From: Flavobacteriales bacterium
GTDB lineage: Bacteria; Bacteroidota; Bacteroidia; Flavobacteriales_F; PHOS-HE28
DNA: 64,000 nt
Direction: 5' to 3'
Assembly (NCBI GenBank): GCA_016713865.1
Contig: JADJOG010000045.1
Span: 34,898-98,897 of the forward strand
Positions within the stretch are counted from its first letter, which is position 1. Each line of letters starts with the position of its first letter. The notes below the pieces were generated by a model that did no database searches, was not told the DNA's origin, and saw only the letters and a program-made list of their open reading frames with translations. The position numbers and the translations under genes are program-made. Of the stretch, positions 1 through 11,623 are shown piece after piece.

Positions 1-47
1 CTACTAAGCGCTTGGTGCTTTCGAGGCTGCGGCTACCTTTACCCCGC

Positions 48-302
48 ATGGGCAGGTATGCACTCCTTTTCCTTCTGGCGCTCGGCGTCACGCTTCTGCC
101 AGTTGAAGCATGGGCGCAGGGCTGTGCCATGTGCAAGGCCGTAGCGCAAGGCGAAGGTGTTTTCGGTGGTGAGCAGGCCATTGGTCGCGGGCTCAACCGC
201 GGCATCCTCTTCTTGATGGCGGTTCCCTACCTGCTGCTCTTCCTGCTCTTCCGGAAGCGCATTGTGGGCTTCTTCAAGGAGTTCGCTGGAGCGCAGGGGT
301 GA
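48..302 (+). CDS. hypothetical small membrane protein (N-terminal signal/TM, C-terminal TM helix)
   Basis: ORF 12..302 with the likely ATG at 48 (MGRYALLFLLALGV...). Hydrophobic N- and C-terminal segments. No family recognised. Confidence 0.35.
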   Translation: MGRYALLFLLALGVTLLPVEAWAQGCAMCKAVAQGEGVFGGEQAIGRGLNRGILFLMAVPYLLLFLLFRKRIVGFFKEFAGAQG

Positions 303-309
303 TTCCTCT

Positions 310-645
310 TCATCGCGTCTCCCTCCGGAACACCAGCAAGGTGATCGAGATAGGATTCCGTTGAGCTCTCGAGCTCTGGATCATCGCGTATCCCTTGGCG
401 TGCATGGTGCCGATCAGCCGAGTGAAGGTCTGCTGATTCTGAAGCATGGTTGAGGCGATCGTGCCTGCACCAGCGAATGTGGCCCAATCCTGAAGGTCGA
501 TGCTCTCATGCTCACCGTTATCGTAAACGAGGTGGATGAAGGAGGCTCTCTTCATGCGCGATTCCATGATGCGCGCAGTGGCGTATTCCTGGGCCAATGC
601 CAGGAAGGAAAGCGAGGCTAGGATCAAGGTGAGGGCGTAACGCAT
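310..645 (-). CDS. hypothetical secreted protein
   Basis: ORF 310..696 with an internal ATG at 645 giving MRYALTLILASLSFLALAQE, a signal-peptide-like start. Confidence 0.4.
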   Translation of the reverse strand: MRYALTLILASLSFLALAQEYATARIMESRMKRASFIHLVYDNGEHESIDLQDWATFAGAGTIASTMLQNQQTFTRLIGTMHAKGYAMIQSSRAQRNPISITLLVFRRETR

Positions 646-714
646 GTTGCGGACGGTTTGCCCACAAGATAGTCCAGCACCTTGCGAGGCGATCATCTCG
701 ATTACTTTGTCGCG

Positions 715-2799
715 ATGAAACAGATTTCACTTCGTTTCGCAGCCGTGTTGCTGCTCCTGACTGCCGGTCGTATTGAATCGGCTACGGCCCAATCACGAGC
801 TCCGTTCACCTACCAGGACATGCTCATGCTCGACCGCATTAGCGGCCTGGCCGTGAACCCAGCGGGCACCATTGCGCTCTTCACCGTGCGCGCCACCGAC
901 ATGGAGAAGAACCGCGGCGTGAGCACATTGTGGATGAAGGATCTGGTTGATCCGAAGAAGCCCGAGGTGAAGGTGCCTGCGGGTGAGGGCGGCGCAGGGG
1001 ATGTTCAGTGGCTGGCGGATGGCAGTGCGTTCTACTTCCTCAGCGGTCGCGGCGAAGGCGGCACCAGCCAGGTTTGGAGGGCCGATGCGAAGGGCATGAC
1101 CGCCACGCAGGTGACTCGACTGCCGCTGGATGTGCAGGCTTACAACATTGCACCCGATGGCTCCGGTGTGGTGGTGGCGCTGTCCGTTTTCCCCGACTGC
1201 CCCACGCTCCCCTGCACCGCGGAGCGACTGGAAGGAGAACCCAAGGGGAAGGCCACCGGCCAGGTGTATGACCGCATCTTCATGCGCCACTGGGACACGT
1301 GGAAGGACGGCACGCGCAACCACCTCTACTACGTGTCGCTGAAGGAGGCCAACGCCCAGCCCGTGCCGCTGATGGCCGGCTTTGACGGCGACTGCCCCAC
1401 AATGCCCTTCGGCGGCAGCGAGGATTTCACGATGTCGAAGGATGGTCGCACGGTCTATTTCAGTGCACGCGTGGCAGGCAAGACCGAGCCTTGGAGCACC
1501 AACTTCGATCTCTACAGCGTGCCCGTGAGCGGCGGCGCCCCGAAGAATCTCACAGCCAGTAATCCTGCGTGGGATGCGCAGCCGGTGATCTCGCCGGATG
1601 GAACCAAGCTCGCCTACAAGGCCATGATGCGCCCCGGATACGAGGCCGATCGCTTCCAGCTGAAGGTGATGGACATCGCCACCGGGGCCGTCACCGACGT
1701 GGCGTCCACCTGGGACCGCAGTTCGAGCAGCCTCGCCTGGAGCCGCGATGGCAAGAGCCTGCTCGTTACCGCCGATGACATTGGCAAGCACCGCCTCTTC
1801 CGCATCGACGTCAAGACCAGCGCGGTCACGCCTCTGAGCACCGACGGCCACCTCGATGCCTTCGCGGAAACCCCCAAGGCCTTCGTGTTCCAGAAGAGCG
1901 GCTTGCACGGCCCAGCGCAGTTGTATGCGAGCGCGCCCAAAGCGAAGGCCATCGATCTAGGCGGAACAGCTCTCACGCAGGTGAATGCATCGCTCAAGGA
2001 GAAAGCCTTCGGCGCGTATGAGCAATTCAGCTTCCCCGGCTGGAACAACGAGACCGTTTACGGCTATGTGCTGAAGCCCGCCAACTACACCGAAGGGAAG
2101 AAGTACCCCGTGGCTTTCCTCATCCATGGTGGTCCGCAGGGCAGCTTCGGTGATGGTTGGAGCTACCGCTGGAACCCGCAGACCTACGCTGGGCAAGGCT
2201 ATGCGGTGGTGATGATCGACTTCCATGGCAGCACCGGCTACGGCCAGGCCTTCACCGATGCCATCAACGAGCACTGGGGCGACCGTCCGCTGGAGGATTT
2301 GCAGAAGGGTCTGGCCTTCGCGCTAGGCAAGTACCCCTTCCTCGATGGCGAGAACGTGGCGGCGCTCGGCGCGAGCTACGGCGGTTTCATGGTCAACTGG
2401 ATCGCCGGTGTATGGAACACGCCCTTCAAGGCGCTCGTGTCGCACTGTGGCATCTTCGATGCGCGTGCCATGGGCTACAGCACCGAGGAGCTCTGGTTCA
2501 CCGACTGGGAGAACGGCGGTAGCGTGTTCGCCAAACCCGCCAACTACGAGACCTTCAACCCGCTGCTGCACGCCGACAAATGGCGCGCTCCGATGCTCGT
2601 GATCCATGGCGACAAGGACTTCCGCGTGCCGCTCACTCAGGGCATCGGCAGCTTCACCGCTTGTCAGGCTAAGGGCATCGAGAGCAAGTACCTGCGCTTC
2701 CCCGACGAGAACCATTGGGTGCTGAAGCCGCAGAACTCCATGCAATGGCACCGCGAGGTATTCGGCTGGCTGGAGAAGCACATCGGCAAAGGGCGCTGA
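715..2799 (+). CDS. S9 family serine peptidase (prolyl oligopeptidase / acylaminoacyl-peptidase-like), secreted
   Basis: A 705-aa ORF with a signal peptide starting at the ATG at 715 (MKQISLRFAAVLLLL). The C-terminal alpha/beta-hydrolase region carries the G-x-S-x-G nucleophile motif (LGASYGGFM), and a beta-propeller-like N-terminal half is typical of S9 peptidases. Confidence 0.85.
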   Translation: MKQISLRFAAVLLLLTAGRIESATAQSRAPFTYQDMLMLDRISGLAVNPAGTIALFTVRATDMEKNRGVSTLWMKDLVDPKKPEVKVPAGEGGAGDVQWLADGSAFYFLSGRGEGGTSQVWRADAKGMTATQVTRLPLDVQAYNIAPDGSGVVVALSVFPDCPTLPCTAERLEGEPKGKATGQVYDRIFMRHWDTWKDGTRNHLYYVSLKEANAQPVPLMAGFDGDCPTMPFGGSEDFTMSKDGRTVYFSARVAGKTEPWSTNFDLYSVPVSGGAPKNLTASNPAWDAQPVISPDGTKLAYKAMMRPGYEADRFQLKVMDIATGAVTDVASTWDRSSSSLAWSRDGKSLLVTADDIGKHRLFRIDVKTSAVTPLSTDGHLDAFAETPKAFVFQKSGLHGPAQLYASAPKAKAIDLGGTALTQVNASLKEKAFGAYEQFSFPGWNNETVYGYVLKPANYTEGKKYPVAFLIHGGPQGSFGDGWSYRWNPQTYAGQGYAVVMIDFHGSTGYGQAFTDAINEHWGDRPLEDLQKGLAFALGKYPFLDGENVAALGASYGGFMVNWIAGVWNTPFKALVSHCGIFDARAMGYSTEELWFTDWENGGSVFAKPANYETFNPLLHADKWRAPMLVIHGDKDFRVPLTQGIGSFTACQAKGIESKYLRFPDENHWVLKPQNSMQWHREVFGWLEKHIGKGR

Positions 2800-2835
2800 C
2801 GATCACACTTCTATATTCGCCCCGCGTTCATTCCA

Positions 2836-2950
2836 TCGCTTATCCAGAAAGGCAGAGGGACTGGCCCTGTGAAGCCTTGGCAACCGTCCGGTGGTGATTC
2901 ATCGGGTAGGTGCTAAATCCAGCCCCGACTTCGTCGGGGAGAGATGAGCC
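2836..2950 (+). promoter_or_regulatory. SAM-I (S-box) riboswitch upstream of the metH homocysteine-binding module gene
   Basis: The sequence cgCTTATCCAGAAAGGCAGAGGGACTGGCCCTGTGAAGCCTTGGCAACC...GGTGCTAAATCCAGCC...GAGAGATGAGc matches the conserved SAM-I cores (AGAGGGA, GGCCC, GCAACC, GGUGCUAAAUCCAGC, GAGAGAU-AG closing P1). A GC-rich stem followed by a T-run (ggggctttttcattt) comes just before the ATG at 3050. Confidence 0.75.
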
Positions 2951-3049
2951 GCGATCAGGAAGCAAGTCCCGCAAGGGAACATTGATGCCTCATCCGGTCC
3001 CTCGGGTGGGGCTTTTTCATTTCTGGGAGCGAGGGGAGAACGGCGAAGC

Positions 3050-4051
3050 ATGAAAACGATCGAACAACTCGCCCAAGAGCGCATCCTCGTCCTCGACGGC
3101 GCCATGGGCACCATGATCCAGAAGCTCGGCCTCACCGAGGAGGACTTCCATCCGCCCGGCATGGAGGACCACAAGATCCTGCTGAAGGGCAACAACGAGC
3201 TGCTCTCGCTTTCGCGGCCCGATGCCATCCGCACCATCCACGAGCAATACCTCGCGGCCGGCGCCGACATCGTGGAGACGAACACCTTCTCCGCCACCAC
3301 CATCGCGCAGGCCGAGCACGAATGCAGCCACCTCGCGCGTGAGCTGAACCTCGCCTCCGTGCGCCTCGCCAAAGAAGCTTGCGCGAAGTACACCGCCATG
3401 GATCCGAGCAAACCGCGCTTCGTGGCCGGCGCCATCGGGCCCATGAACAAGACCGCCTCGCTCAGTCCCGATGTGAACGACCCCGGCTACCGCGCCGTCA
3501 CCTTCGATCAACTTGTTGCTGCATACAAAGAGCAGGTGGAGGCCATGCTCGATGCCGACGTGGACATCCTGCTGGTGGAGACCATCTTCGACACGCTCAA
3601 CGCCAAGGCCGCCTTCTTCGCCATCGACGAGGTATTCCGAGGGCAGGGCACGCGCGTGCCGCTCATGTGCAGCGTCACCATCACCGATGCCAGCGGGCGC
3701 ACCCTCAGCGGCCAGACCATCGAGGCCTTCCTCATCAGCATGCAGCATGTGCCGCTCTTCAGCATGGGCCTCAACTGCGCGCTGGGCGCGGCCCAGATGC
3801 GGCCCTACCTGGAGGTGATCGCCGAGCAGAGCCCCTGCCGCGTGAGCGTTTACCCCAACGCCGGCCTGCCCGACCAGATGGGCGAGTACCGCGAAACGCC
3901 CGAGGTCACCGCGCGTCTCGTGGGCGAGTTCATGGCCAACGGCTGGGTGAACGTGGTGGGCGGATGCTGCGGGACGACGCCGGAGCATATCGCGGCACTG
4001 GCGAAGGAGGCGGGGAAACATGCGCCGCGGACAACACCGGTGCTGGCATGA
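3050..4051 (+). CDS. metH: methionine synthase homocysteine-binding module (Hcy S-methyltransferase domain) as a separate gene
   Basis: MKTIEQLAQERILVLDGAMGTMIQ... aligns to the MetH N-terminal Hcy-binding barrel over its whole length. It ends ...PEHIAALAKEAGKHAPR, the usual Hcy-module boundary. Confidence 0.85.
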   Translation: MKTIEQLAQERILVLDGAMGTMIQKLGLTEEDFHPPGMEDHKILLKGNNELLSLSRPDAIRTIHEQYLAAGADIVETNTFSATTIAQAEHECSHLARELNLASVRLAKEACAKYTAMDPSKPRFVAGAIGPMNKTASLSPDVNDPGYRAVTFDQLVAAYKEQVEAMLDADVDILLVETIFDTLNAKAAFFAIDEVFRGQGTRVPLMCSVTITDASGRTLSGQTIEAFLISMQHVPLFSMGLNCALGAAQMRPYLEVIAEQSPCRVSVYPNAGLPDQMGEYRETPEVTARLVGEFMANGWVNVVGGCCGTTPEHIAALAKEAGKHAPRTTPVLA

Positions 4052-4196
4052 ACGCTTCTTTCTTGGGTTGTTTGGGCGTGCCCCCTCGCAAAGCCTTGGG
4101 GTCGCGCTTTCCGCTGTACTCCTCGCTCGTTCCTCGCTGCGGGGTGCCGCTCCAATCGCTCACGCAATTTCGGCTCTGACCTGAAGTGATCGTCAC

Positions 4197-4640
4197 ATGA
4201 AGAAGGGCACACACGAGAAGAGCATCAGTGAACTCGAAGGCTGGACTTGGACGGACCCAATTCCCTCCGCTGATGACTCGTCCGGTACCGTGCTCCGCTT
4301 CTACCGACTCCACCGAACGCCGATCAAGGATCTGGATCTCGGTGATCTGAGGTTTCTGATCGGTCAGAACGCCGCGTTGGAGCACCTCGTGCCCATGGCA
4401 TTGGATCAACTGAGGAAGAACCTGTTCGTCGAAACAGACTACTACCCTGGTGACCTTCTTCAAGCTCTGTTCTCGATCAACGACGAACCGAGTTATTGGA
4501 CCGCACATCCGGATCATCGCCAGATATTGATCCGACTTTACGAGGACAACATGAGACAAACTCCAACTGTGGAGATGTCCTCAGGTGACTTGAAGAAGAT
4601 CGAACGTGAGTATGAGAAGTTCAAAGCACAGTTAGTCTGA
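4197..4640 (+). CDS. hypothetical 147-aa protein, lower-GC insertion between the two metH genes
   Basis: Intact ORF at about 52% GC in a ~65% GC background. It sits exactly between the Hcy-module gene and the pterin/B12 module gene. No confident family match; a small acidic helical protein. Confidence 0.55.
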   Translation: MKKGTHEKSISELEGWTWTDPIPSADDSSGTVLRFYRLHRTPIKDLDLGDLRFLIGQNAALEHLVPMALDQLRKNLFVETDYYPGDLLQALFSINDEPSYWTAHPDHRQILIRLYEDNMRQTPTVEMSSGDLKKIEREYEKFKAQLV

Positions 4641-4641
4641 C

Positions 4642-7176
<2,535 letters not shown>

Positions 7177-7208
7177 ACCCCAATAGCCCTTTCCCGTATG
7201 AACGGGCC

Positions 7209-8450
7209 GTGAAATTGGCCCGCATTCTCTTCTTGCTGGTCGTTGCTGCTAGTGCGTTGCCCGCGCTGGCGCAGCGCACCGCCGCTCCGCTCACGCAGGA
7301 GAACGGCGATTGCATGGGCGCCATCTTCATCGCCGATTCGGTCTTACACCAGCCGCAGGCCGTGCGCGGTTTCGGCAACAAGCTCGAGATCAAGGAGAAC
7401 CCCAGCGACCACACCCAGTGGTTCGAGCGCGAGCATCACAGCACCTGGTACAAGTTCCGCAGCCCCGCCACCACCACGCTCAGCTTCAGCATCATCCCCG
7501 ACAACATCGAGGACGACATCGACTTCCTAGTTTTCGAGGGCGCCATACCCGGCATCTGCGACAAGATTATGGGCAAGCAGGTGCAGCCCATCCGCAGCAA
7601 CATCTCGCGCAACGACAAGAGCAACCGCTCCATCTGCGGCTTGCGCAAGGATGCCCCCGACAACTATGTGCGCAGCGGTGTGGGCAGCAGCTTCAGCCGC
7701 GCCATAGAGGTGAAGCAAGGCGACCTCTTCTATATCGCGATCGATTACCAAGACCGTCCAATCGCTGGTTACACGATCAAGTTCCACTACGACCCTCCGC
7801 CACCGCCGCCCGAGCCGGAGCCCGAGGAGGACAAGAAGAAGAAACAACAACTGCTGATCACCGTGGTGGATGGCAAGACCGGCAAACCCGTGGATGCCAA
7901 CCTCACCATCGATGGCATGCGCTTCAACGAAGTGGTGGAGGCCAAGGGCAAGAGCAGCTACCAGTTCGAGATGGACATGTACCGCAACCTGAAGATCGGC
8001 TGCGTGCGCCAAGGCTATATGTTCCAGACCGTGCGCGTGAAGGGCAGCACCGAGCCAGAAGTGAAGGTTGAGGTGAGGTTGAACCCAGTAGGCGCGGGCG
8101 AGCGCGTGGTGCTCGATGATATCCGCTTCGTGGGCAATGAGGACAAGGTGATGCGCCAGAGCGAGGCCAGCTTGCTGCTCCTATTGCGCTTCCTGCAACT
8201 CAATCCCAAGGTGCGCATCGAGATCGAGGGCCACGTGAACGGCCCCACCTTCAAGAACAAGAAGGAGTTCATCGACCTGAGCACATCGCGATCAAAGACC
8301 GTTTATGACTTCCTCGTGGTGAACGACGTGGAGCCGAACCGCCTATCCTACGTGGGCCTCGGTAACTCCCAGATGCTCTATCCCAGCCCGAAAAACAAGG
8401 AAGAGAGCGAGGCCAACCGCCGCGTAGAGATCAAGGTGCTGGGTAATTAG
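7209..8450 (+). CDS. OmpA family protein (signal peptide, N-terminal beta-rich domain, Pro/Glu/Lys linker, C-terminal OmpA-like peptidoglycan-binding domain)
   Basis: Signal peptide MKLARILFLLVVAASALPALAQ, a linker PPPPPPEPEPEEDKKKKQQ, and a C-terminal OmpA_C-like region (VVLDDIRFVGNEDKV...NRRVEIKVLGN). Confidence 0.8.
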   Translation: MKLARILFLLVVAASALPALAQRTAAPLTQENGDCMGAIFIADSVLHQPQAVRGFGNKLEIKENPSDHTQWFEREHHSTWYKFRSPATTTLSFSIIPDNIEDDIDFLVFEGAIPGICDKIMGKQVQPIRSNISRNDKSNRSICGLRKDAPDNYVRSGVGSSFSRAIEVKQGDLFYIAIDYQDRPIAGYTIKFHYDPPPPPPEPEPEEDKKKKQQLLITVVDGKTGKPVDANLTIDGMRFNEVVEAKGKSSYQFEMDMYRNLKIGCVRQGYMFQTVRVKGSTEPEVKVEVRLNPVGAGERVVLDDIRFVGNEDKVMRQSEASLLLLLRFLQLNPKVRIEIEGHVNGPTFKNKKEFIDLSTSRSKTVYDFLVVNDVEPNRLSYVGLGNSQMLYPSPKNKEESEANRRVEIKVLGN

Positions 8451-8642
8451 CGCTGGCGCAGTTGAGCCTTTTGCATTTTTAATTCTTCTCCGAAGTTTCC
8501 TTCCCATCCCTCACCATCCGTTCGCCCTTCCCGCCGCTCATCACAGCCCTCCTCCCAGGCTGAGGCTCCCCGGTACTTTTGGTCCGTTCCCGCATTCCCA
8601 GCGGGAGAACCGGAACATGAGAGCCTTCTTTTCCTCGCGGCC

Positions 8643-10034
8643 TTGCTTTGCGGAGCCACCGCCTTCGCCCAGCAAGCCTGGACCCTTGAGCAATGCGTGA
8701 AGCGCGCCGAGGAGCGCAGCTTGGCGGTGCTCAATGCCCAGCTCGATGCCGACCTGGCCGACAAGACCAAGGACCAAGGCTATTGGGCTTTGGCCCCCGA
8801 CCTGAACGGCGGCGCCACGCACGGTTACAACTACGGCCGTGTGATCGATCGCTTCACCAACACCTTCGCGAACGACCGGGTGCAGACGAACAACTTCTAC
8901 CTGAGCAGCACGCTGAGCTTGTTCGAGGGCTTCCGCAAGCAAGGGGTGATCAAGCGGAACGAGGTTGATGCGAAGGCCGCGCGTTTGGGCATTGAAGCTG
9001 CCCGCAATCAAGCGCGGCTCGAAACGGTGCAAGCCTTCCTCGATGTGGTGGCGCTGCGCGAACGCAAGGCCGCCGCTGAAGCACAAGCGGCAAGCACGCG
9101 CGAACAGATCGCGCGCACCGATGCTTTGGTTGAGGCGGGCCGTGTGGCGCGCGCCGATCTGCTCGCGATTGAATCGCAATTGGCACAAGAGGAATTCACC
9201 ATCGTGGATCTCGGCAACCAAGCCGATCAGCGCATGCTCGCTTTGGGCCGCGCACTTCAATTGGAGCCGCAAGAGATGCTCAGCTTCAACATCCAAGCAC
9301 CTGCCATCAGCGGGCTGCGCATCACGGAACCGACGGTCGATCCAAGTGAAGTGCTCGGGAACGTGCTGCGCACCAATCCCAGTTTCGCGCAGGCAGAGAC
9401 GCAGGTGGAAAGCGCCGAGAAAGGTATTGGGATCGCACGGGCGGGCAGTTTGCCCACGCTCGGCGTGAACGGCTCTCTCGGAACTGGATATAGCGGTCGC
9501 AACTTCCAGCAAGTGGGAGAGCCCATCCTCGGCAATCCGGTGGTCATCGGCAGTACGCTCGGTGGAGATCTGGTGTACGCGCCGACCTTCGATGTGAACA
9601 CCGAGCTCACACCGTTCGGCACCCAACTGGATCAGAACCTGAACCAGAGCATTCTCTTCCAACTCAACGTGCCGCTCTTCAATCAGAAGCAGAACCGCTT
9701 GGCCATCGACCGTGCGCGGGTGCAGCACGAGCGCGCGCGCAATAGCCTCACCGCTGTTCGCAATGACTTGCAGCGCAATGTGCTCGACGCCATTGTGGCG
9801 CAGCGCTCGGCCTACAAGCAGTTCCTGGCCGCGCAAAAGGCCGTGGATGCCGCAACACTCAACGAGGCCTACGCCACCGAGCGCTTCACGCAGGGCGTGA
9901 TCACCAGCATGGAGCTGGCCACCGTGAAGGCCACCGTGAACCGCTCACAGGCAGACCAGATCGCCGCCAAGTACCAGTACCTGATGGCGCAGAAGTACCT
10001 CGAGATCCTGCAAGGGATACCCGTTTCTTTGTAA
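8643..10034 (+). CDS. TolC family outer membrane efflux protein (start region frameshifted or TTG start)
   Basis: 463-aa ORF with TolC-like alpha-helical repeats. An ATG at 8617 is out of frame by one base; restoring a single A (atgaAgagc) would give MKSLLFLAALLCGATAFAQQ, a clean signal peptide. Confidence 0.75.
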   Translation: MLCGATAFAQQAWTLEQCVKRAEERSLAVLNAQLDADLADKTKDQGYWALAPDLNGGATHGYNYGRVIDRFTNTFANDRVQTNNFYLSSTLSLFEGFRKQGVIKRNEVDAKAARLGIEAARNQARLETVQAFLDVVALRERKAAAEAQAASTREQIARTDALVEAGRVARADLLAIESQLAQEEFTIVDLGNQADQRMLALGRALQLEPQEMLSFNIQAPAISGLRITEPTVDPSEVLGNVLRTNPSFAQAETQVESAEKGIGIARAGSLPTLGVNGSLGTGYSGRNFQQVGEPILGNPVVIGSTLGGDLVYAPTFDVNTELTPFGTQLDQNLNQSILFQLNVPLFNQKQNRLAIDRARVQHERARNSLTAVRNDLQRNVLDAIVAQRSAYKQFLAAQKAVDAATLNEAYATERFTQGVITSMELATVKATVNRSQADQIAAKYQYLMAQKYLEILQGIPVSL

Positions 10035-10036
10035 GC

Positions 10037-10708
10037 GTGCCGCTGATCCTCTGCATCGAGACCGCCACCAAGCTCTGCTCCGTTGCGCTTGGTCGCAACG
10101 GCGTGCTGCTCGCGGAACGCGACCTCGAAAGCGAGAAGCACATCCATGCGGAGAAGGTGAATGTCTTCATCGACGAGGTGCTGCGCGAAGCGGGTATCGC
10201 CATGAATGAACTGAATGCGGTCGCCGTGGGCATCGGCCCGGGCAGCTACACGGGGCTGCGCATCGGGCTCAGCGCTGCGAAGGGCCTTTGCTTCGCCCTA
10301 CGCATCCCCATCATCGGCATTGGCACCTTGGAAACGCTGGTGAGCGCGAGTGGCATCCGTGATGGTGTGCTCTTCCCTATGATCGATGCGCGGCGCATGG
10401 AGGTGTTCACGCAGCGCTACGCGGAAGGCATGGCAGGAGAAGAGCACCCGCTTGTGCTCGATGAGGCATGGGCGCAACAGGTCGGCGCATGTTCGGTCTT
10501 CGGCGATGGCGCCGACAAGGCTGAAGCGCTATGGATGAAGCACGTTGGCATCACGCATCTGCGCGATATCCGTCCGCATGCGCGCGCCATGGTTGCTTTG
10601 GCAGAGCAGCGATTGCTCGAAGGCCTGATCGATGACCTGGCCTACTTGGTGCCGCGCTATGGCAAGGAAGCCAAGGTGACGCAACCGAAGAAGGCGCAAC
10701 GACCTTGA
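10037..10708 (+). CDS. tsaB: tRNA threonylcarbamoyladenosine biosynthesis protein TsaB (YeaZ)
   Basis: MPLILCIETATKLCSVALG...GIGPGSYTGLRIGLSAAKG is the typical inactive-Kae1-like TsaB pattern; the start is a GTG. Confidence 0.8.
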   Translation: MPLILCIETATKLCSVALGRNGVLLAERDLESEKHIHAEKVNVFIDEVLREAGIAMNELNAVAVGIGPGSYTGLRIGLSAAKGLCFALRIPIIGIGTLETLVSASGIRDGVLFPMIDARRMEVFTQRYAEGMAGEEHPLVLDEAWAQQVGACSVFGDGADKAEALWMKHVGITHLRDIRPHARAMVALAEQRLLEGLIDDLAYLVPRYGKEAKVTQPKKAQRP

Positions 10709-10714
10709 ATGTCC

Positions 10715-11623
10715 TCACCGCCGCGTGGCTGTGAGCTTCAGCACGTGGATGTTGCCCGTCGCGAGGTCCTTCCGCAAGCGCGCCTTGGGCAGCATGGTAG
10801 CTTCTTCATACACGTATTCGTCGCGGCTCACCTGTTTATCACCGAGCCAATACTCGCCAGCGATCACATTGCCAGCCGAATCATACTGCCAGCGATGGTG
10901 GGTGATCCGCGATTGCGCCAGATCAGGCTGCTCCGTGCGTTCCGCGAGGCGCCCATTTTCATCGTAGCTGAAGTCGATGCGGCCACGGCGACGGCTCACG
11001 AGGTATTCATCCTCGATGCGGAGCAAGTAGCCCTGCCTGTTGCTGATGAATACCTGATTCCGGTACGGCAGTTCGAGGTTGTTCAGGAACGACTTGCGCA
11101 AGGTGGTGTCGTTCAGCTGCGTGTAGCGGTAGCGCTCTGCGCTGATCTCGATGGTGGCGCCGGGAACCAGCTCATACCGGTTGGTTCCGCGGTTCTCGAT
11201 GCGCTGGTACACCTCCCTCGTCACACGTCCGTGCTCATCGTGCTCCATGGCGAAGGCGAAATGCCCGCCGAGGTCGTTGCGCAAGCGGCGCATGGTGCGG
11301 CCCTGCGCATCGCGCTCGTAGGTCACGCTCGCCGTGTCGCGGCCGGTACCGGGCTGGCCATACGAGGTATTGCTGTACACCATGCGGCCATCGGCATCGA
11401 AGCGGAAGAGCAAGCGGTCGCGCTCGTTGCGCATGGGCTCGCCGTCACGCTTGACCATGCGCTCGCCCACGAAGCCGGCGATGCCGTTGCGCGCGATGAA
11501 GCGCTCATTGAACACCGGCACATCGGGATCATCCGTGCTGGGCAGAAGCAGCAAGGCCTGGCTCCTCGCGCTGGAAGCGAAGGCGAATGGAAGGAAGAGG
11601 AAGACGGAACGGGAGAGTCTCAT
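10715..11623 (-). CDS. secreted hypothetical protein with YD/RHS-repeat-like motifs
   Basis: Signal peptide [23 protein letters not shown] and repeated YDxxGR motifs ([39 protein letters not shown]). Confidence 0.55.
   Translation of the reverse strand: MRLSRSVFLFLPFAFASSARSQALLLLPSTDDPDVPVFNERFIARNGIAGFVGERMVKRDGEPMRNERDRLLFRFDADGRMVYSNTSYGQPGTGRDTASVTYERDAQGRTMRRLRNDLGGHFAFAMEHDEHGRVTREVYQRIENRGTNRYELVPGATIEISAERYRYTQLNDTTLRKSFLNNLELPYRNQVFISNRQGYLLRIEDEYLVSRRRGRIDFSYDENGRLAERTEQPDLAQSRITHHRWQYDSAGNVIAGEYWLGDKQVSRDEYVYEEATMLPKARLRKDLATGNIHVLKLTATRR

Noticed and set aside
793-1908. 371-aa ORF antisense to the S9 peptidase
   Set aside because: It lies entirely within, and opposite to, a gene with strong full-length family support. 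Long antisense ORFs are expected at about 65% GC. Its composition is Ala/Gly/Arg-rich with no motifs.
8541-9836. 431-aa ORF antisense to the TolC-family gene
   Set aside because: Same reasoning: no homology, and the sense strand carries a well-supported TolC protein.
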